Shown: in pieces, positions 18,579-28,264 of the stretch
Layout of the letters: every line of letters starts with the position of its first letter
How positions within the stretch are numbered: the stretch's first letter is position 1
NCBI GenBank assembly: GCA_043755105.1
Contig: JAYUUC010000375.1
Location: forward strand, 53,611-117,610
Direction: 5' to 3'
Length of the DNA stretch: 64,000 nt
Source: Myxococcales bacterium
GTDB lineage: Bacteria > Myxococcota > Myxococcia > Myxococcales > Myxococcaceae
Notes under the pieces: generated by a model
Told to the model about the DNA's origin: nothing
What the model saw: only the letters and a program-made list of their open reading frames with translations
The model's database searches: none
Position numbers and translations under genes: made by a program

Positions 18579-18887
18579 TTAGCCGACCGCGCCCTGCTCT
18601 TCGAGCTTGGTGTTGATGTACTCGCGCATGAGCTTGGCGCCCTTGATGACGTCCTGGTACGGGCCCTTCAGCTCCTTCAGCTCCTCCTTCAGCTCGCCGA
18701 TCTTCTCGTCCTCGTCCATGGCCTTCTTGGCCGTGAACTCCTCGTTGTTGACGTGTGACAGCCGCGCCACCAGGGCGGCCTTGTCCTCGGCGTCGATGGC
18801 GGCCTTGGTCTCCTGCGGCAGCTTGGCGAACTTCTTGTCCTGCTTCGAGAGGTCCGACTCAGTGCCCTTGCTCAGCGCGTCCGACAT
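18579..18887 (-). CDS. hypothetical protein
   Basis: ATG at 18887 (MSDALSKG...) lies 5 nt after the upstream stop. 102 aa, charged and helical. Confidence 0.55.
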   Translation of the reverse strand: MSDALSKGTESDLSKQDKKFAKLPQETKAAIDAEDKAALVARLSHVNNEEFTAKKAMDEDEKIGELKEELKELKGPYQDVIKGAKLMREYINTKLEEQGAVG

Positions 18888-18891
18888 GTTG

Positions 18892-21120
18892 TCACTCCGT
18901 TGTGTGGGGTCCGTCCTGCGAAAAAGACGATACGCCACCTCGAAGACCAATGTCAATCACGTTCGTGCAGTACTCCTGGGCGAGGGTGTCGTGCTCCACC
19001 AAAAGCACGAGCTTCTCCTCAGCCACCTGCTTCAGGAGCTGAAGGCACGCCGTCATCTCGACCGGTCCGAGACCCTTCAAGGTCTCGTCGAAAATCACCC
19101 ATCCTGGCTCGACGCCCAGGCGCTCAAAGACAATCTCGGCCACGCTCAAATCAGTGGCTACCTCCAGGACTCCGGCTTGCCCGCCGGAAGCCCCGTCCTT
19201 GGGTGTTGTCTCGTACCCATCCACGAACAAGATGGTGCGAATCTCCTTCTTGACCTCGTCCTTGGTGGTGAGGTTCTCCGACCTGAACTCCAGGGTCATC
19301 TTGGAGACGTTCGGGACCGAGGCCAGCTTGTCATTGGTCCTCTGGGCGATCTGGTCGAGGGTCTCGTCAAAGATCGAGCCCATGAAGCCTTCTCTGCCCA
19401 CGGCCTTGACCACCTCCTGCTCGACGTTCAGGTCATCCAAGATCACCTGGACGTCCACCTCGAGGTCATGGAGTTCTTTGGCGAGCTGCTCGACTGTCTG
19501 GCTGGCCTTTTGCCAGCGTTCGAGCCTGAGCTGGTAGTCGGTGTTGAGACGCTCCACCTCGGGACGTTTCCGGACCACCTCCGACGAGAGGGCCGTAACC
19601 AGAATCACTGACCTGGAGACATCGGCCTCCTTCGCCGAGACCTGCTGGAACACGTAGTTCTTCTCGAGGTCGGCCTTCTGGCGGTCGATGTCATCCAGGG
19701 CCACCGAGGTCTCGTGGTGCTTGCCTGCCTGCCAGTCGGCCAGGGCCGCTGCAAGGAGGTCCCGGGCCTTGTTCATGGCCTTGAGCATCTGCTCGAGCTT
19801 GAGGCTGGTGGGCTTCGCCAGGTAGCCCTGCTTCTGCTCTTCCTCGAGCAGCTTCAGCTCGGCGCGGGCCTCTTCCAGAGCGAGCTTCAGGTACTCCTGG
19901 TGCTCCTCCAGCTTCTTCATCTTCGTTTCTGCGTCGGCCTTGCGGTTCTGGTAGAGCTTCTGCGAGTTCATCGCGTACTGCACGCCCCGGCCGCACTTGT
20001 CGCAGTACTCATCGAAGGGGATGGCCAGAAGTTCCTCGGCCTCGACCTTCTCCTCGAGCTGGACCTGGGTGAGGGCGGTGTCGCGGGCCTGCTGCGACAC
20101 AAAGTCCTCGATCTCCATCCGCTTGCCTTCGATGAGGTCGGCGACGTACTCGGCCGACCTCGAGTCCTTCATCTTCTCTTCGTACTTGCGAATCTCGTTG
20201 CCGAGTTCCAGCTCTTCGGCCTCGATCATGGCCTGGCCCGCAGCGATCATCCGGCGGTACTTCAGGACCGTCTCCGGCTCCACCGTGCTGTTCGACTCAT
20301 CGACCACCCGCGCCCGCTCGGCCACCAACTCCTGGTAGGTAGCGCTCGCCCGGATGCGGGCCGTCGCCGTCTCGCGGGTCGTGCTGAGGACCAGCCGCTG
20401 GGACGCCAGCTCCTGCTCAGCCGTCTTGAGGCGCCCCTCCAGCTCAGTCAAAGACAGCCGGGCCAGGTCGAGGTCGGCCCTGGACGGTGCCCCACGAACG
20501 TAGTTGGGGTCCTGCTCGGCCTTCCGCAGACGACCTTGCACGTTCTCGACCACGGCCTTCTGGGCATCGTGCTTGCGCTCCAGCTCGCGCACCCGGCCCT
20601 GGGCCGCCTTGACCTCCTTCTCGTAGAAGTCGAGTCGCAGGACCTCGGACAGGAACTCCTTCTTCTTGGAGTCCGTCATGTTCAGGAAGTAGCCCTCCTT
20701 CCGCTGCCGGAAGTAGGTCAGATTCCCCAACAAGTCCAGGGAGATGCCCAGCTTCTGCTCGAGGGCCGCCCGAGCTTCCTTGCCCTTGGCGACGACCTCG
20801 GAGTCAAAGAGGACCTGGGTTCGGACCCCTTCACCCTGCATAGTCGACAACACCTTGCCATCCAGCTCGAGGTCAAGGTCCAGCTCGTAGCCCTGGTCGG
20901 TCTTCCAGGTGGTGAGCTTGTTGGCCGACTTGTCGCCGAACATCAGCCCGTGGGCGATGCCAGCGAACACGTTGGACTTGCCCACGCCTGAGCGAACGCC
21001 GGTCTCTGGGTCGGTCCCGGAGACACGCCAGAGACCACTGGCTGCGAAAGACAAACGACTTTCTCCCTTGAAAGAGAGAAAGTCGCGGGACTTCATGGAG
21101 GCGAGCGAGAATCGAGACAT
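18892..21120 (-). CDS. Rad50/SbcC-like ATPase (T4 gp46-like)
   Basis: Walker A GVRSGVGKSNV, long coiled coils with a central CxxC zinc hook (YCDKCGRG), ABC signature ASGGQ and Walker B WVIFDE. ATG at 21120 is preceded by GGAGGGG. Confidence 0.8.
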   Translation of the reverse strand: MSRFSLASMKSRDFLSFKGESRLSFAASGLWRVSGTDPETGVRSGVGKSNVFAGIAHGLMFGDKSANKLTTWKTDQGYELDLDLELDGKVLSTMQGEGVRTQVLFDSEVVAKGKEARAALEQKLGISLDLLGNLTYFRQRKEGYFLNMTDSKKKEFLSEVLRLDFYEKEVKAAQGRVRELERKHDAQKAVVENVQGRLRKAEQDPNYVRGAPSRADLDLARLSLTELEGRLKTAEQELASQRLVLSTTRETATARIRASATYQELVAERARVVDESNSTVEPETVLKYRRMIAAGQAMIEAEELELGNEIRKYEEKMKDSRSAEYVADLIEGKRMEIEDFVSQQARDTALTQVQLEEKVEAEELLAIPFDEYCDKCGRGVQYAMNSQKLYQNRKADAETKMKKLEEHQEYLKLALEEARAELKLLEEEQKQGYLAKPTSLKLEQMLKAMNKARDLLAAALADWQAGKHHETSVALDDIDRQKADLEKNYVFQQVSAKEADVSRSVILVTALSSEVVRKRPEVERLNTDYQLRLERWQKASQTVEQLAKELHDLEVDVQVILDDLNVEQEVVKAVGREGFMGSIFDETLDQIAQRTNDKLASVPNVSKMTLEFRSENLTTKDEVKKEIRTILFVDGYETTPKDGASGGQAGVLEVATDLSVAEIVFERLGVEPGWVIFDETLKGLGPVEMTACLQLLKQVAEEKLVLLVEHDTLAQEYCTNVIDIGLRGGVSSFSQDGPHTTE

Positions 21121-21151
21121 GCCCCTCCATAACACGAGGGGCGAGTCCGTT

Positions 21152-21406
21152 TCAAGTCTTCTTCTTTTCGGCCTCGTAGGCAGCGTTGCGTTCGTAGATC
21201 AGCCGCTCAGCATCAGCCGGGCGTTCGAGCCTTCGACGCATTGCGCCATTATCGAGGACCTCCACCTTCGAAGTGTCCGGAGGCTGAGGGGAACGGGGCA
21301 TCTTGCCCTTGCAGACGCACTCGAGGGGCGTGTTCCCGTCGGCAATGGCGCGAAGACGGCGGGCAAAGGTCCCGCAGTCCTCGCACACGTAGAAGTACAT
21401 CGGCAT
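21152..21406 (-). CDS. small zinc-ribbon protein
   Basis: 84 aa. Cys motifs CEDC ... CVCKGK. Confidence 0.55.
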   Translation of the reverse strand: MPMYFYVCEDCGTFARRLRAIADGNTPLECVCKGKMPRSPQPPDTSKVEVLDNGAMRRRLERPADAERLIYERNAAYEAEKKKT

Positions 21407-21408
21407 GA

Positions 21409-23271
21409 CTACGCCCTCTGGTTGGCGGGGTTGTTGCTCACGGTCTCGGCCAGCTCCTGAGCCTCTCCCTCAGCGACGTTGTCGAGGTACTCCCGGGCCG
21501 ACTTCGCATCGGCCAGCTCGACCGCCCGATCGCGGGCGAAGACCACCGTGCCGCCGAGGGTGCCCATCATCTTGGCCACCGAGATGGCGTTTGAGACCGC
21601 CTGGAGCACGGCCGGGACCGAGTCCAGCACGCCACCGTCGTAGGCCCCCACGAAGGCGTGGTTCTGGGCGTCGAAGGTGACCAGGTCCTTCTCGGCGATG
21701 ATGGCCTGGTCGATCTGCGAGCGGATCTTGGCGATCTCGGCCTTGTTGTGGCCCAGGTTGGTCAGGAGCCGTTCGAAGGGCGCCTCGAAGGCTCGCAGCA
21801 GGATCTCGTCGAAGACCGGCTCCTTGTAGGCGCTGAGGAGGATGATGAGCTTCAGCAGGGTCCAGCCGCCACCCGGCAGGACGCCCGACTTGATGGCGCC
21901 TCGGACCGCGCAGATGGCGTCCTCGGCCCGGTCGCGGGCCTCCTTGATCTCGGCGTTCGAAGAGCCGATGACGTGGAGCTTGGCGATGCCGCCCGTGAGC
22001 TTGCCGATGCGCTCCTGGAGGACGATCTTGTCGAACTCGGAGATCGCGTTCTTCATCTGCGCCTCGAGGGCCTCAGCACGGGCTCCGATGCCAATGCCAC
22101 CGTCGTCGGCCGCGCCGAGGATGCTCGAGCGGAAGCGACCGAACTCGAAGCCACCGACGCCCGGCCCCAGCTGGTCGATCTTGGCCTCCTCGAGCGGCTC
22201 CTTGATGTTGTTGTAGATGACGGAGCAGCCCACCACGGCCTGGATGTCCCGGAGCAGCTCGGACTGGCCGTTCACGGTGTTGGTGTGCGGGGTGATGAGC
22301 GGCACCACCGAGATGGACTGGGGCGCGGCGAACATCATGGCGAACGAGCCCAGCACCTGCTCCGAGAAGCCGTGAGCCACGACCACCACGTTGCGGGGGC
22401 CCCGGGCCTTCTTCGGCTCGCCGTTCTCGAGGAACTCGCCGGTCTCGTAGCCCTCGGCCCAGCGCTGGCCAATCTGGTCCAGGAGCGGCAGGATGGAGTT
22501 GATGTTGCTGATCCGGCCGTCGAAGAGCACGAAGAGCACCGGCCCGTCCATGTGCGTCGAGCGGGTCGCCTGCTGGTTGATGAAGGCGTCGGCGAAGCCA
22601 GCGCAGGAATCCTCGTAGCCGGAAGCGATGGGGTAGCCGTCGAGCTTCTCGACCTTGTACGACGACCGGCCAGACCCCTCCACGATGGTCACGTGGCCCT
22701 GGTCGCCGACCGTGTCGTAGCACTCGAGCACGGCATTGGCCAGCGCCTCGTCACCGTTGGCCGAGATGCGCGCCACGTCGAAGAGAAGGTCCCGGCCAGC
22801 GTCGGTCGTGAGGTCGGCCTTGTGAGCGAGGGCCTCGATGGTGGGGCGGACGATCGTGTCCATCGCCGTCTGGATCTTGCGCATCACCAGCTGCGGCGAC
22901 TGGTCCGGGTGCTTCGCACAGTAGGCCACCATGCTCCGAGTGATGTGGTAGGAGAGGATGGTCGCCGTGGTCGTCCCGTCGCCAGCCTCGTTGGCCGTCC
23001 GCACCGAAGCATCGCGGATCGACTCCATGATGCACTGCTGGGTCGCATCCTGGAAGCCCAGGGCACGGAAGACGGTCACGCCGTCCTTCGTCGCAATCGG
23101 AGCGAGGTCATGCTCCTGCCGCTCGATGAGGACGGGACGCCCGCCAGGCCCAAGAGTGTCGCCCACGATGGTCGACACCTTCTCCATCGTAGAGAGGATC
23201 AGGGCGGACAGCTTCTCCCCCTTCACGGTGACCTGCTTGGACACGTCCTTCGACTTGGCGTAGCTCGGCAT
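21409..23271 (-). CDS. groEL: GroEL-type (Cpn60) chaperonin
   Basis: 620 aa. Motifs GPGGRPVLIE, TKDGVTV and the diagnostic ANEAGDGTTTATIL. Domain order is as in GroEL. Confidence 0.9.
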   Translation of the reverse strand: MPSYAKSKDVSKQVTVKGEKLSALILSTMEKVSTIVGDTLGPGGRPVLIERQEHDLAPIATKDGVTVFRALGFQDATQQCIMESIRDASVRTANEAGDGTTTATILSYHITRSMVAYCAKHPDQSPQLVMRKIQTAMDTIVRPTIEALAHKADLTTDAGRDLLFDVARISANGDEALANAVLECYDTVGDQGHVTIVEGSGRSSYKVEKLDGYPIASGYEDSCAGFADAFINQQATRSTHMDGPVLFVLFDGRISNINSILPLLDQIGQRWAEGYETGEFLENGEPKKARGPRNVVVVAHGFSEQVLGSFAMMFAAPQSISVVPLITPHTNTVNGQSELLRDIQAVVGCSVIYNNIKEPLEEAKIDQLGPGVGGFEFGRFRSSILGAADDGGIGIGARAEALEAQMKNAISEFDKIVLQERIGKLTGGIAKLHVIGSSNAEIKEARDRAEDAICAVRGAIKSGVLPGGGWTLLKLIILLSAYKEPVFDEILLRAFEAPFERLLTNLGHNKAEIAKIRSQIDQAIIAEKDLVTFDAQNHAFVGAYDGGVLDSVPAVLQAVSNAISVAKMMGTLGGTVVFARDRAVELADAKSAREYLDNVAEGEAQELAETVSNNPANQRA

Positions 23272-23448
23272 CTATTGCTCCCGGTAGTGCTTCCTCCATA
23301 CCACAAGCACCTAATCTCCTTGGAAGAAGTGCTTGGCCCAAGAATTGCAATTAACTGCCTATGGTATCGCTGCGGTACTGCCAACGTGATCATCTGCCAG
23401 TAGGTTTTTCTTAAAAAGATCTTCGAGGTGGTCACGTTGGTTTTATCG

Positions 23449-23478
23449 TTTTTGGTGTCGCAACTGTATTCTTATAAT
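23449..23478 (+). promoter_or_regulatory. sigma-70-like promoter candidate with consensus -10 TATAAT
   Basis: TATAAT at 23473-23478. Possible -35 is TTTTTG (23449-23454, 18-nt spacer) or TTGGTG (23452-23457, 15-nt spacer). It lies in the 322-nt lower-GC divergent region between groEL and the P-loop gene. Confidence 0.3.
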
Positions 23479-23594
23479 GAGCAATTCTCGTGCCACGCAG
23501 TTTTCCTGAAAAACGACACAAGCCTCTCAACGTCAGTCTTTTGCTGTTGATCTTTTTTGAAACGGTGGTATGAGATCCCATCTCCGGAGAAATC

Positions 23595-24200
23595 ATGCTT
23601 TTGCGATTCATTGGTGCTCCTTGCTCTGGCAAGACAACGACGGCAGCGATGGTCTTCTCCGCTCTGAAGAACGACGGCGCGGTGGTGGAGTTCATCCCGG
23701 AGCAGGCGAGGTTCTACATCGCCCGGAGGCGCCTCGAGCTGAAGCTCCAGCCTGCGGAACAGCTGGTCTTGACGCCTGAGGATCAGGAGGCGATTTTCCG
23801 GCAGCAGTTCATCAACGAGCACATGCTCCTCCAGGTCGGTGGACCTTCGGTCGTGGTCGTGACCGACTCGTCGCCCTTCAACTCCCTGCTCTACATGGCG
23901 GAAGACCACCGGGAGAAGTTCTTCCAGAGCGACATCTGGAAGAAGTTCAAGACGTGGGAGGAGACCACCAAGCACAAGGTGCTCAACTTCTACTCGCCGC
24001 TGGTCACGCGCTCGAAGGAGCTGGACGCCAACCGCATTCACTCCGAGCAACAGTCCTACGACATCGACCAGTCCATCTCGGCGATTTTCGAGAAGGCCTA
24101 TGAGGGCAAGGGCCAGATCATCGCTCTGGACAACGTGGTGGCCGCCTGGCGCTTCCGGGATGCCTACCGCCACTACGCTTCCCAGCTGGAAGTCAAGTGA
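23595..24200 (+). CDS. P-loop NTPase / nucleotide kinase-like protein
   Basis: Walker A GAPCSGKTT at the N-terminus and Walker B-like VVVVTDSSP. 201 aa. Confidence 0.7.
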   Translation: MLLRFIGAPCSGKTTTAAMVFSALKNDGAVVEFIPEQARFYIARRRLELKLQPAEQLVLTPEDQEAIFRQQFINEHMLLQVGGPSVVVVTDSSPFNSLLYMAEDHREKFFQSDIWKKFKTWEETTKHKVLNFYSPLVTRSKELDANRIHSEQQSYDIDQSISAIFEKAYEGKGQIIALDNVVAAWRFRDAYRHYASQLEVK

Positions 24201-25681
24201 TCCAGACCCTTTCACCCACCAAGGTGCAGCTCATCGGTTACCAAGACCGAAGAGCGATGCTCGAGGACTACTTGTCCTACCGGGATGAGAGGGCGTGGCA
24301 CCTGGCGCAGCGCTTCAAGAAGGGGCAGTTCTTCTACCTGCGTGAGCACACCCAGGAGGAGTACGATGCCGAGCTGAAGACGCTGCTCGACAAGGTCAAC
24401 AACACCTTGCTCTTCGAGCACGAAGGCAAGCTGTGGACGTACTCCGGCGTGGCCTACAAGGTCGCCCAGCAATTTGGCGACACGGTGGTCCCCCTGAAGG
24501 AGTACCCCGCTTTCCAGCCTCTGGAGTACAAGAACAAGCCGAAGCATCCGCCCAGGCCCTACCAGCTGGAAGCCCTGGAGCTGCTCAAGGCTGCCAAGCA
24601 CGGGGCCGTCGAGATTGGGACCGGCCTCGGCAAGTCCTACATCATCGAGCTGCTCCTCAAGGACATCGGGCTGTCGGCGGTCGTGATGGCCCCCTCGATC
24701 AGCATCGCCGACCAGCTCTATGAGCAGCTGGTGGATCGTTTTGGCAAGAAGCTGGTCGGCCGCTACTACGACTCGAAGAAGGAGTACAACCACCACATCG
24801 TGGTGGCCTCGTGCCAGGGGCTGGCGAAGATCGACCGAGCTGACCCCGCCTACAAGGTGCTGCGCTCGAAGCAGGTCTTCATCTCAGACGAGTCCCACCA
24901 ATGCCCGGCCAACACGCTGACCAAGGTGTGCTTCGACTTGATGGCCCCGGCGCCCTACCGGTTCTTCTTCTCGGGCACCCAGATCCGCAACGACGGGCTG
25001 GGGATGCTGCTCGAGGCCATCACCGGCAAGATCGTCTACTACATGACGGTGGAGCAGGGGGTCGAGCAGGGCTATCTGGCCAAGCCGAACTTCAAGATGA
25101 TCGGGTGCCACTCCAAGTCGACCTACAAGAACCCCGACCCGATGAGAATGGTCAAGAAGCACCTCTACTACAACGACCAGGTCAACGACATCGCGGCCCA
25201 GATGACCAACAACTTCGTCAACTTGGGAATCCCGGTCCTGCTCCTGGTCGATGAGATCGAGCAGTTCGCCCACCTGCTCAAGCGATTCAAGTACCCGGTC
25301 CGTTTTGCCCACGGGCCGCTGGTCAAGAAGCAGAAGGACCTGCTGGAGGAGAAGTACCAGAAGAGCGACCCGAAGGGGCTGGTCAAGGCCTTCAATGCCC
25401 ACGAGTTCCCCATTCTGGTGGGGACTTCCTGCGTTTCAATCGGGACGGATTTTGGTGATCTGGGCGCCATCATCTACCTGCGGGGCGGCACCAGCGAGAT
25501 CGAGGTCAAGCAGGGTATCGGCCGAGGGACGCGCATCCCGCCGGGCTCGCCCAAGCGGGAGTTCTTCTTCGTCGACTTCGACGTCTCCAACATCGAGGGC
25601 CAGCACCGGCATGCCTTGGCCCGCTCGAAGCTGATGAAGTCGGTCTACCCGAACTACAAGTACCTGAGCATGGCGAAATAG
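24197..25681 (+). CDS. SF2 DNA helicase (UvsW/RecG-like DEAD/DEAH box)
   Basis: Motif I GTGLGKS, motif II DESH, motif III SGT, motif VI QGIGRGTR. The GTG start overlaps the upstream stop (GTGA). Confidence 0.8.
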   Translation: MIQTLSPTKVQLIGYQDRRAMLEDYLSYRDERAWHLAQRFKKGQFFYLREHTQEEYDAELKTLLDKVNNTLLFEHEGKLWTYSGVAYKVAQQFGDTVVPLKEYPAFQPLEYKNKPKHPPRPYQLEALELLKAAKHGAVEIGTGLGKSYIIELLLKDIGLSAVVMAPSISIADQLYEQLVDRFGKKLVGRYYDSKKEYNHHIVVASCQGLAKIDRADPAYKVLRSKQVFISDESHQCPANTLTKVCFDLMAPAPYRFFFSGTQIRNDGLGMLLEAITGKIVYYMTVEQGVEQGYLAKPNFKMIGCHSKSTYKNPDPMRMVKKHLYYNDQVNDIAAQMTNNFVNLGIPVLLLVDEIEQFAHLLKRFKYPVRFAHGPLVKKQKDLLEEKYQKSDPKGLVKAFNAHEFPILVGTSCVSIGTDFGDLGAIIYLRGGTSEIEVKQGIGRGTRIPPGSPKREFFFVDFDVSNIEGQHRHALARSKLMKSVYPNYKYLSMAK

Positions 25682-25714
25682 GCTGTAGGTATCTGGGGTC
25701 AAAGGACTATTCCG

Positions 25715-26752
25715 ATGACCCCAGACTCCAGCGGCCACTTCAAGAACTTCGCCTCCAATTTGAGCTTCCACCTGGAAGCCGACTTGGGGATGACGAAGGA
25801 AGAGTTCATCAAGCGTCAGAAGAGCCAGATCGAGCGGCTAGTAGCTCTCGAGAAACTCTTCCGAGAGACCGTCCAGGCTTCCTCAGCTGGTGAGCGCGTC
25901 TACCAGAAGTTCGTCGTTCACATCTGCGACGAGCAACGCAACATCTTGAATGCACGGCCGTTTTTTCGAGAGCGCCAGACCAAGTTCACGGCCGAGATCT
26001 CGCCCCAGCTGAAGATCAGGAACCACAAGGGGCTGTATCCCTTCCACGGGAACTTCCTGTTCGTCCAGTTCGTGGTGAACGCCCACCCCTGGAAGTCCAC
26101 CTCGAAGGTCTTGAAGATCTTCGAGGAGATCAAGGCCGTCCGGAAAGACCTGGTGGTCCAGAACCTGCCCCTCGCCATCAATCGGGCCCGGATCTTCCAG
26201 AACTCCACGCCCCCGGCCCACCTGACGTCGATGGACTTCATCCAGATCGCCGCGGAGGGCTTGATTGCGGGCATCGACAAATTTTGTCTGCCCTACTCGA
26301 AAGGTTTCCGCCACACTGCAATCGGCCGGATGATTGGCAACTTCATCGAGAACTACTCGGCGACCACTCTCCACCTCTACCCGCCGGACAAGCGCAAGCT
26401 CTACCGGGCGAACAAGGAGCTTCGGAGGAAGGACCGCGACAACATCAACTACGAGGACCTGGCCGAGGTGCTGAATAAGGACCTCGAGGTCGGTCAGAAG
26501 ACCTCGGCCTCGGAGATCGCCGACATCATCGCCGGAGCTTCGACGGCTTCGCTGGACACCCCGGCTACTCGAGTCGGGACCGGCGCCGAGGAAGGGACCG
26601 CCACCATCCTCGACAAGTACGTGGGCCGGGAGGAGCTGCGCCCCGACAATCGCTCCGAACGGTATGACATGCTGGAGACAATGATCGAGCACGCCGCTCG
26701 TCTGTCCATCATTCACCGGAAGGTCCTCCTGATGAAGGGGATGCCCATCTAA
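25715..26752 (+). CDS. sigma-70 family RNA polymerase sigma factor, apparently ending before region 4.2
   Basis: VVQNLPLAINRARIF (2.1), DFIQIAAEGLIAGIDKF (2.2), FRHTAIGRMIGNFIENY (2.3/2.4), RKLYRANKELRRK (region 3). It ends ...LSIIHRKVLLMKGMPI*, which is region 4.1-like with no following HTH. Confidence 0.75.
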   Translation: MTPDSSGHFKNFASNLSFHLEADLGMTKEEFIKRQKSQIERLVALEKLFRETVQASSAGERVYQKFVVHICDEQRNILNARPFFRERQTKFTAEISPQLKIRNHKGLYPFHGNFLFVQFVVNAHPWKSTSKVLKIFEEIKAVRKDLVVQNLPLAINRARIFQNSTPPAHLTSMDFIQIAAEGLIAGIDKFCLPYSKGFRHTAIGRMIGNFIENYSATTLHLYPPDKRKLYRANKELRRKDRDNINYEDLAEVLNKDLEVGQKTSASEIADIIAGASTASLDTPATRVGTGAEEGTATILDKYVGREELRPDNRSERYDMLETMIEHAARLSIIHRKVLLMKGMPI

Positions 26753-26761
26753 GAACTGCTC

Positions 26762-27178
26762 ATGTCCATCAAGTCCAACAAGACGACGATCCTCACCCCT
26801 CCCTTCGACGGCTTCGCTCGAGCCAATGCCGTCCAGCGTGTCGGCGTGACGCTCCCCTCGAACTTCATCGGGGTGTACGGGCTCGAGGTCCTGGCCGACT
26901 CGGACGACCCGCGCTTCAAGAAGGGCCACACGGTCTACCTGCGGGATGGTGCCCGTGTCCACGGCTGGGCGAAGGAGGTCTTCCCGGTCGATGGTCGAGA
27001 GGCCATGCTGGTTCCCGTGGATTTTGTCGTCTGGGTTGACGACGACCCCAAGGCCGTGCGAGGGTTGATCCTTCCCGTCCCCCCGCCCAAGAAGGTGGAG
27101 CCCAAGGCCGACGCCCCGACCGAGGCCAAGGTCATTCAGCTGCCTCTGCCTGCGAGCACGGACCCCACCAAGGCCTAG
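26762..27178 (+). CDS. hypothetical protein (weak GroES-like pattern)
   Basis: 138-aa ORF. GLEVLADSDD...FKKGHTVYLRDGA...EVFPVDGREAMLVPVDFVVWV loosely parallels GroES G.VlAvG...vkvGD.V.f...dg.e.lil.e.dIlavv. Confidence 0.6.
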   Translation: MSIKSNKTTILTPPFDGFARANAVQRVGVTLPSNFIGVYGLEVLADSDDPRFKKGHTVYLRDGARVHGWAKEVFPVDGREAMLVPVDFVVWVDDDPKAVRGLILPVPPPKKVEPKADAPTEAKVIQLPLPASTDPTKA

Positions 27179-27181
27179 TCA

Positions 27182-28264
27182 ATGAACACCAAGGTAGCGC
27201 TGGTCGTGATTGGGGACATGCACGTCGTCCCGAGCGAGCTGGAAGAGTGCCAGCGAGTCATTGATCTTGTAGCTGCTACAGGTGGTGTTCTGGCGAAGGA
27301 CCACGAGGTCCGCTTCCTCTTCCTGGGCGACCAGCACGACACCTGGGGGCTTGTCCAGTCTCAGGTGACTTCGTTCTGGCTGAGTGCGCTGAAGCAGCTG
27401 CTGGTGTGGGGCGAGGTCTGGATGCTCAAGGGCAACCACGACCAGAACGACCTGCACCCCAACGACCATGCCCTGCTCCCCTACAAGGAGATCAAGGGTG
27501 TCCACGTGGTGGACCAGCCCCAGTCGATGCTCATTCACAAGCAGGTCATTGTGATGGCCCCCTTCTATCCGGACCCCAAGGTCTTCGAGAAGGAGCTACA
27601 AGAGTTCGCTGAGCAAGAGGCCACCCTCTACGGCCTGGAAGACCCGGTCGACCGCGACTTCAACTACCTCTTCTGCCACCAGACCTTCCAGGACGCCCTC
27701 TTCGAGAACGGCTTCCAGACGAAGGACGGGGTGGACTCGGTTCGGCTGGCCCACTACCGACGCATCGTGTCAGGCCACATCCACCGGGCCCAGTCCTTCG
27801 GCAAGGTCGAGTACCTGGGGGCGCCGCGCTGGCGCCACGTAGATGACGCGCAGATGAAAGAGCGCTTCATCACCACCTTCGTCATCGAGCCCGACCAGGA
27901 GAAGATTTCCGAGCGGCTCCAGACCCCGACATCGCCGGTCTGTCGCAAGATCGTGCGCTGCGAGGATGTGGAGGGTCAGCTCTCGGTCTTCCCGGAGCCC
28001 TTCCTCAAGCAAGAAGACTATCGGCTCTACGTCCACATCAAGGGCTCGCGCAAGTACATCGAGAACCAGAGCAAGTACTGGAAGACGAACTTCCCGAGCG
28101 TCAAGCTCAATTCGACCCGGGTCGAAAAGCGCGACATCAAGGTCCGCGAGTCGATGGGGGTGCAGGCGGCCTTTCGGAACTACATTGACAACCAGTACAA
28201 GCCCCAGTTCACCACCCATGAGAAGCTGAAGAAGCGGCTGGAGAAGCTCTTCGATGCCAAATGA
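27182..28264 (+). CDS. Mre11/SbcD-like metallophosphoesterase nuclease
   Basis: Motifs VVIGDMHV, FLGDQHD, LKGNHD, LFCHQ and SGHIHR, in canonical order. Confidence 0.75.
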   Translation: MNTKVALVVIGDMHVVPSELEECQRVIDLVAATGGVLAKDHEVRFLFLGDQHDTWGLVQSQVTSFWLSALKQLLVWGEVWMLKGNHDQNDLHPNDHALLPYKEIKGVHVVDQPQSMLIHKQVIVMAPFYPDPKVFEKELQEFAEQEATLYGLEDPVDRDFNYLFCHQTFQDALFENGFQTKDGVDSVRLAHYRRIVSGHIHRAQSFGKVEYLGAPRWRHVDDAQMKERFITTFVIEPDQEKISERLQTPTSPVCRKIVRCEDVEGQLSVFPEPFLKQEDYRLYVHIKGSRKYIENQSKYWKTNFPSVKLNSTRVEKRDIKVRESMGVQAAFRNYIDNQYKPQFTTHEKLKKRLEKLFDAK

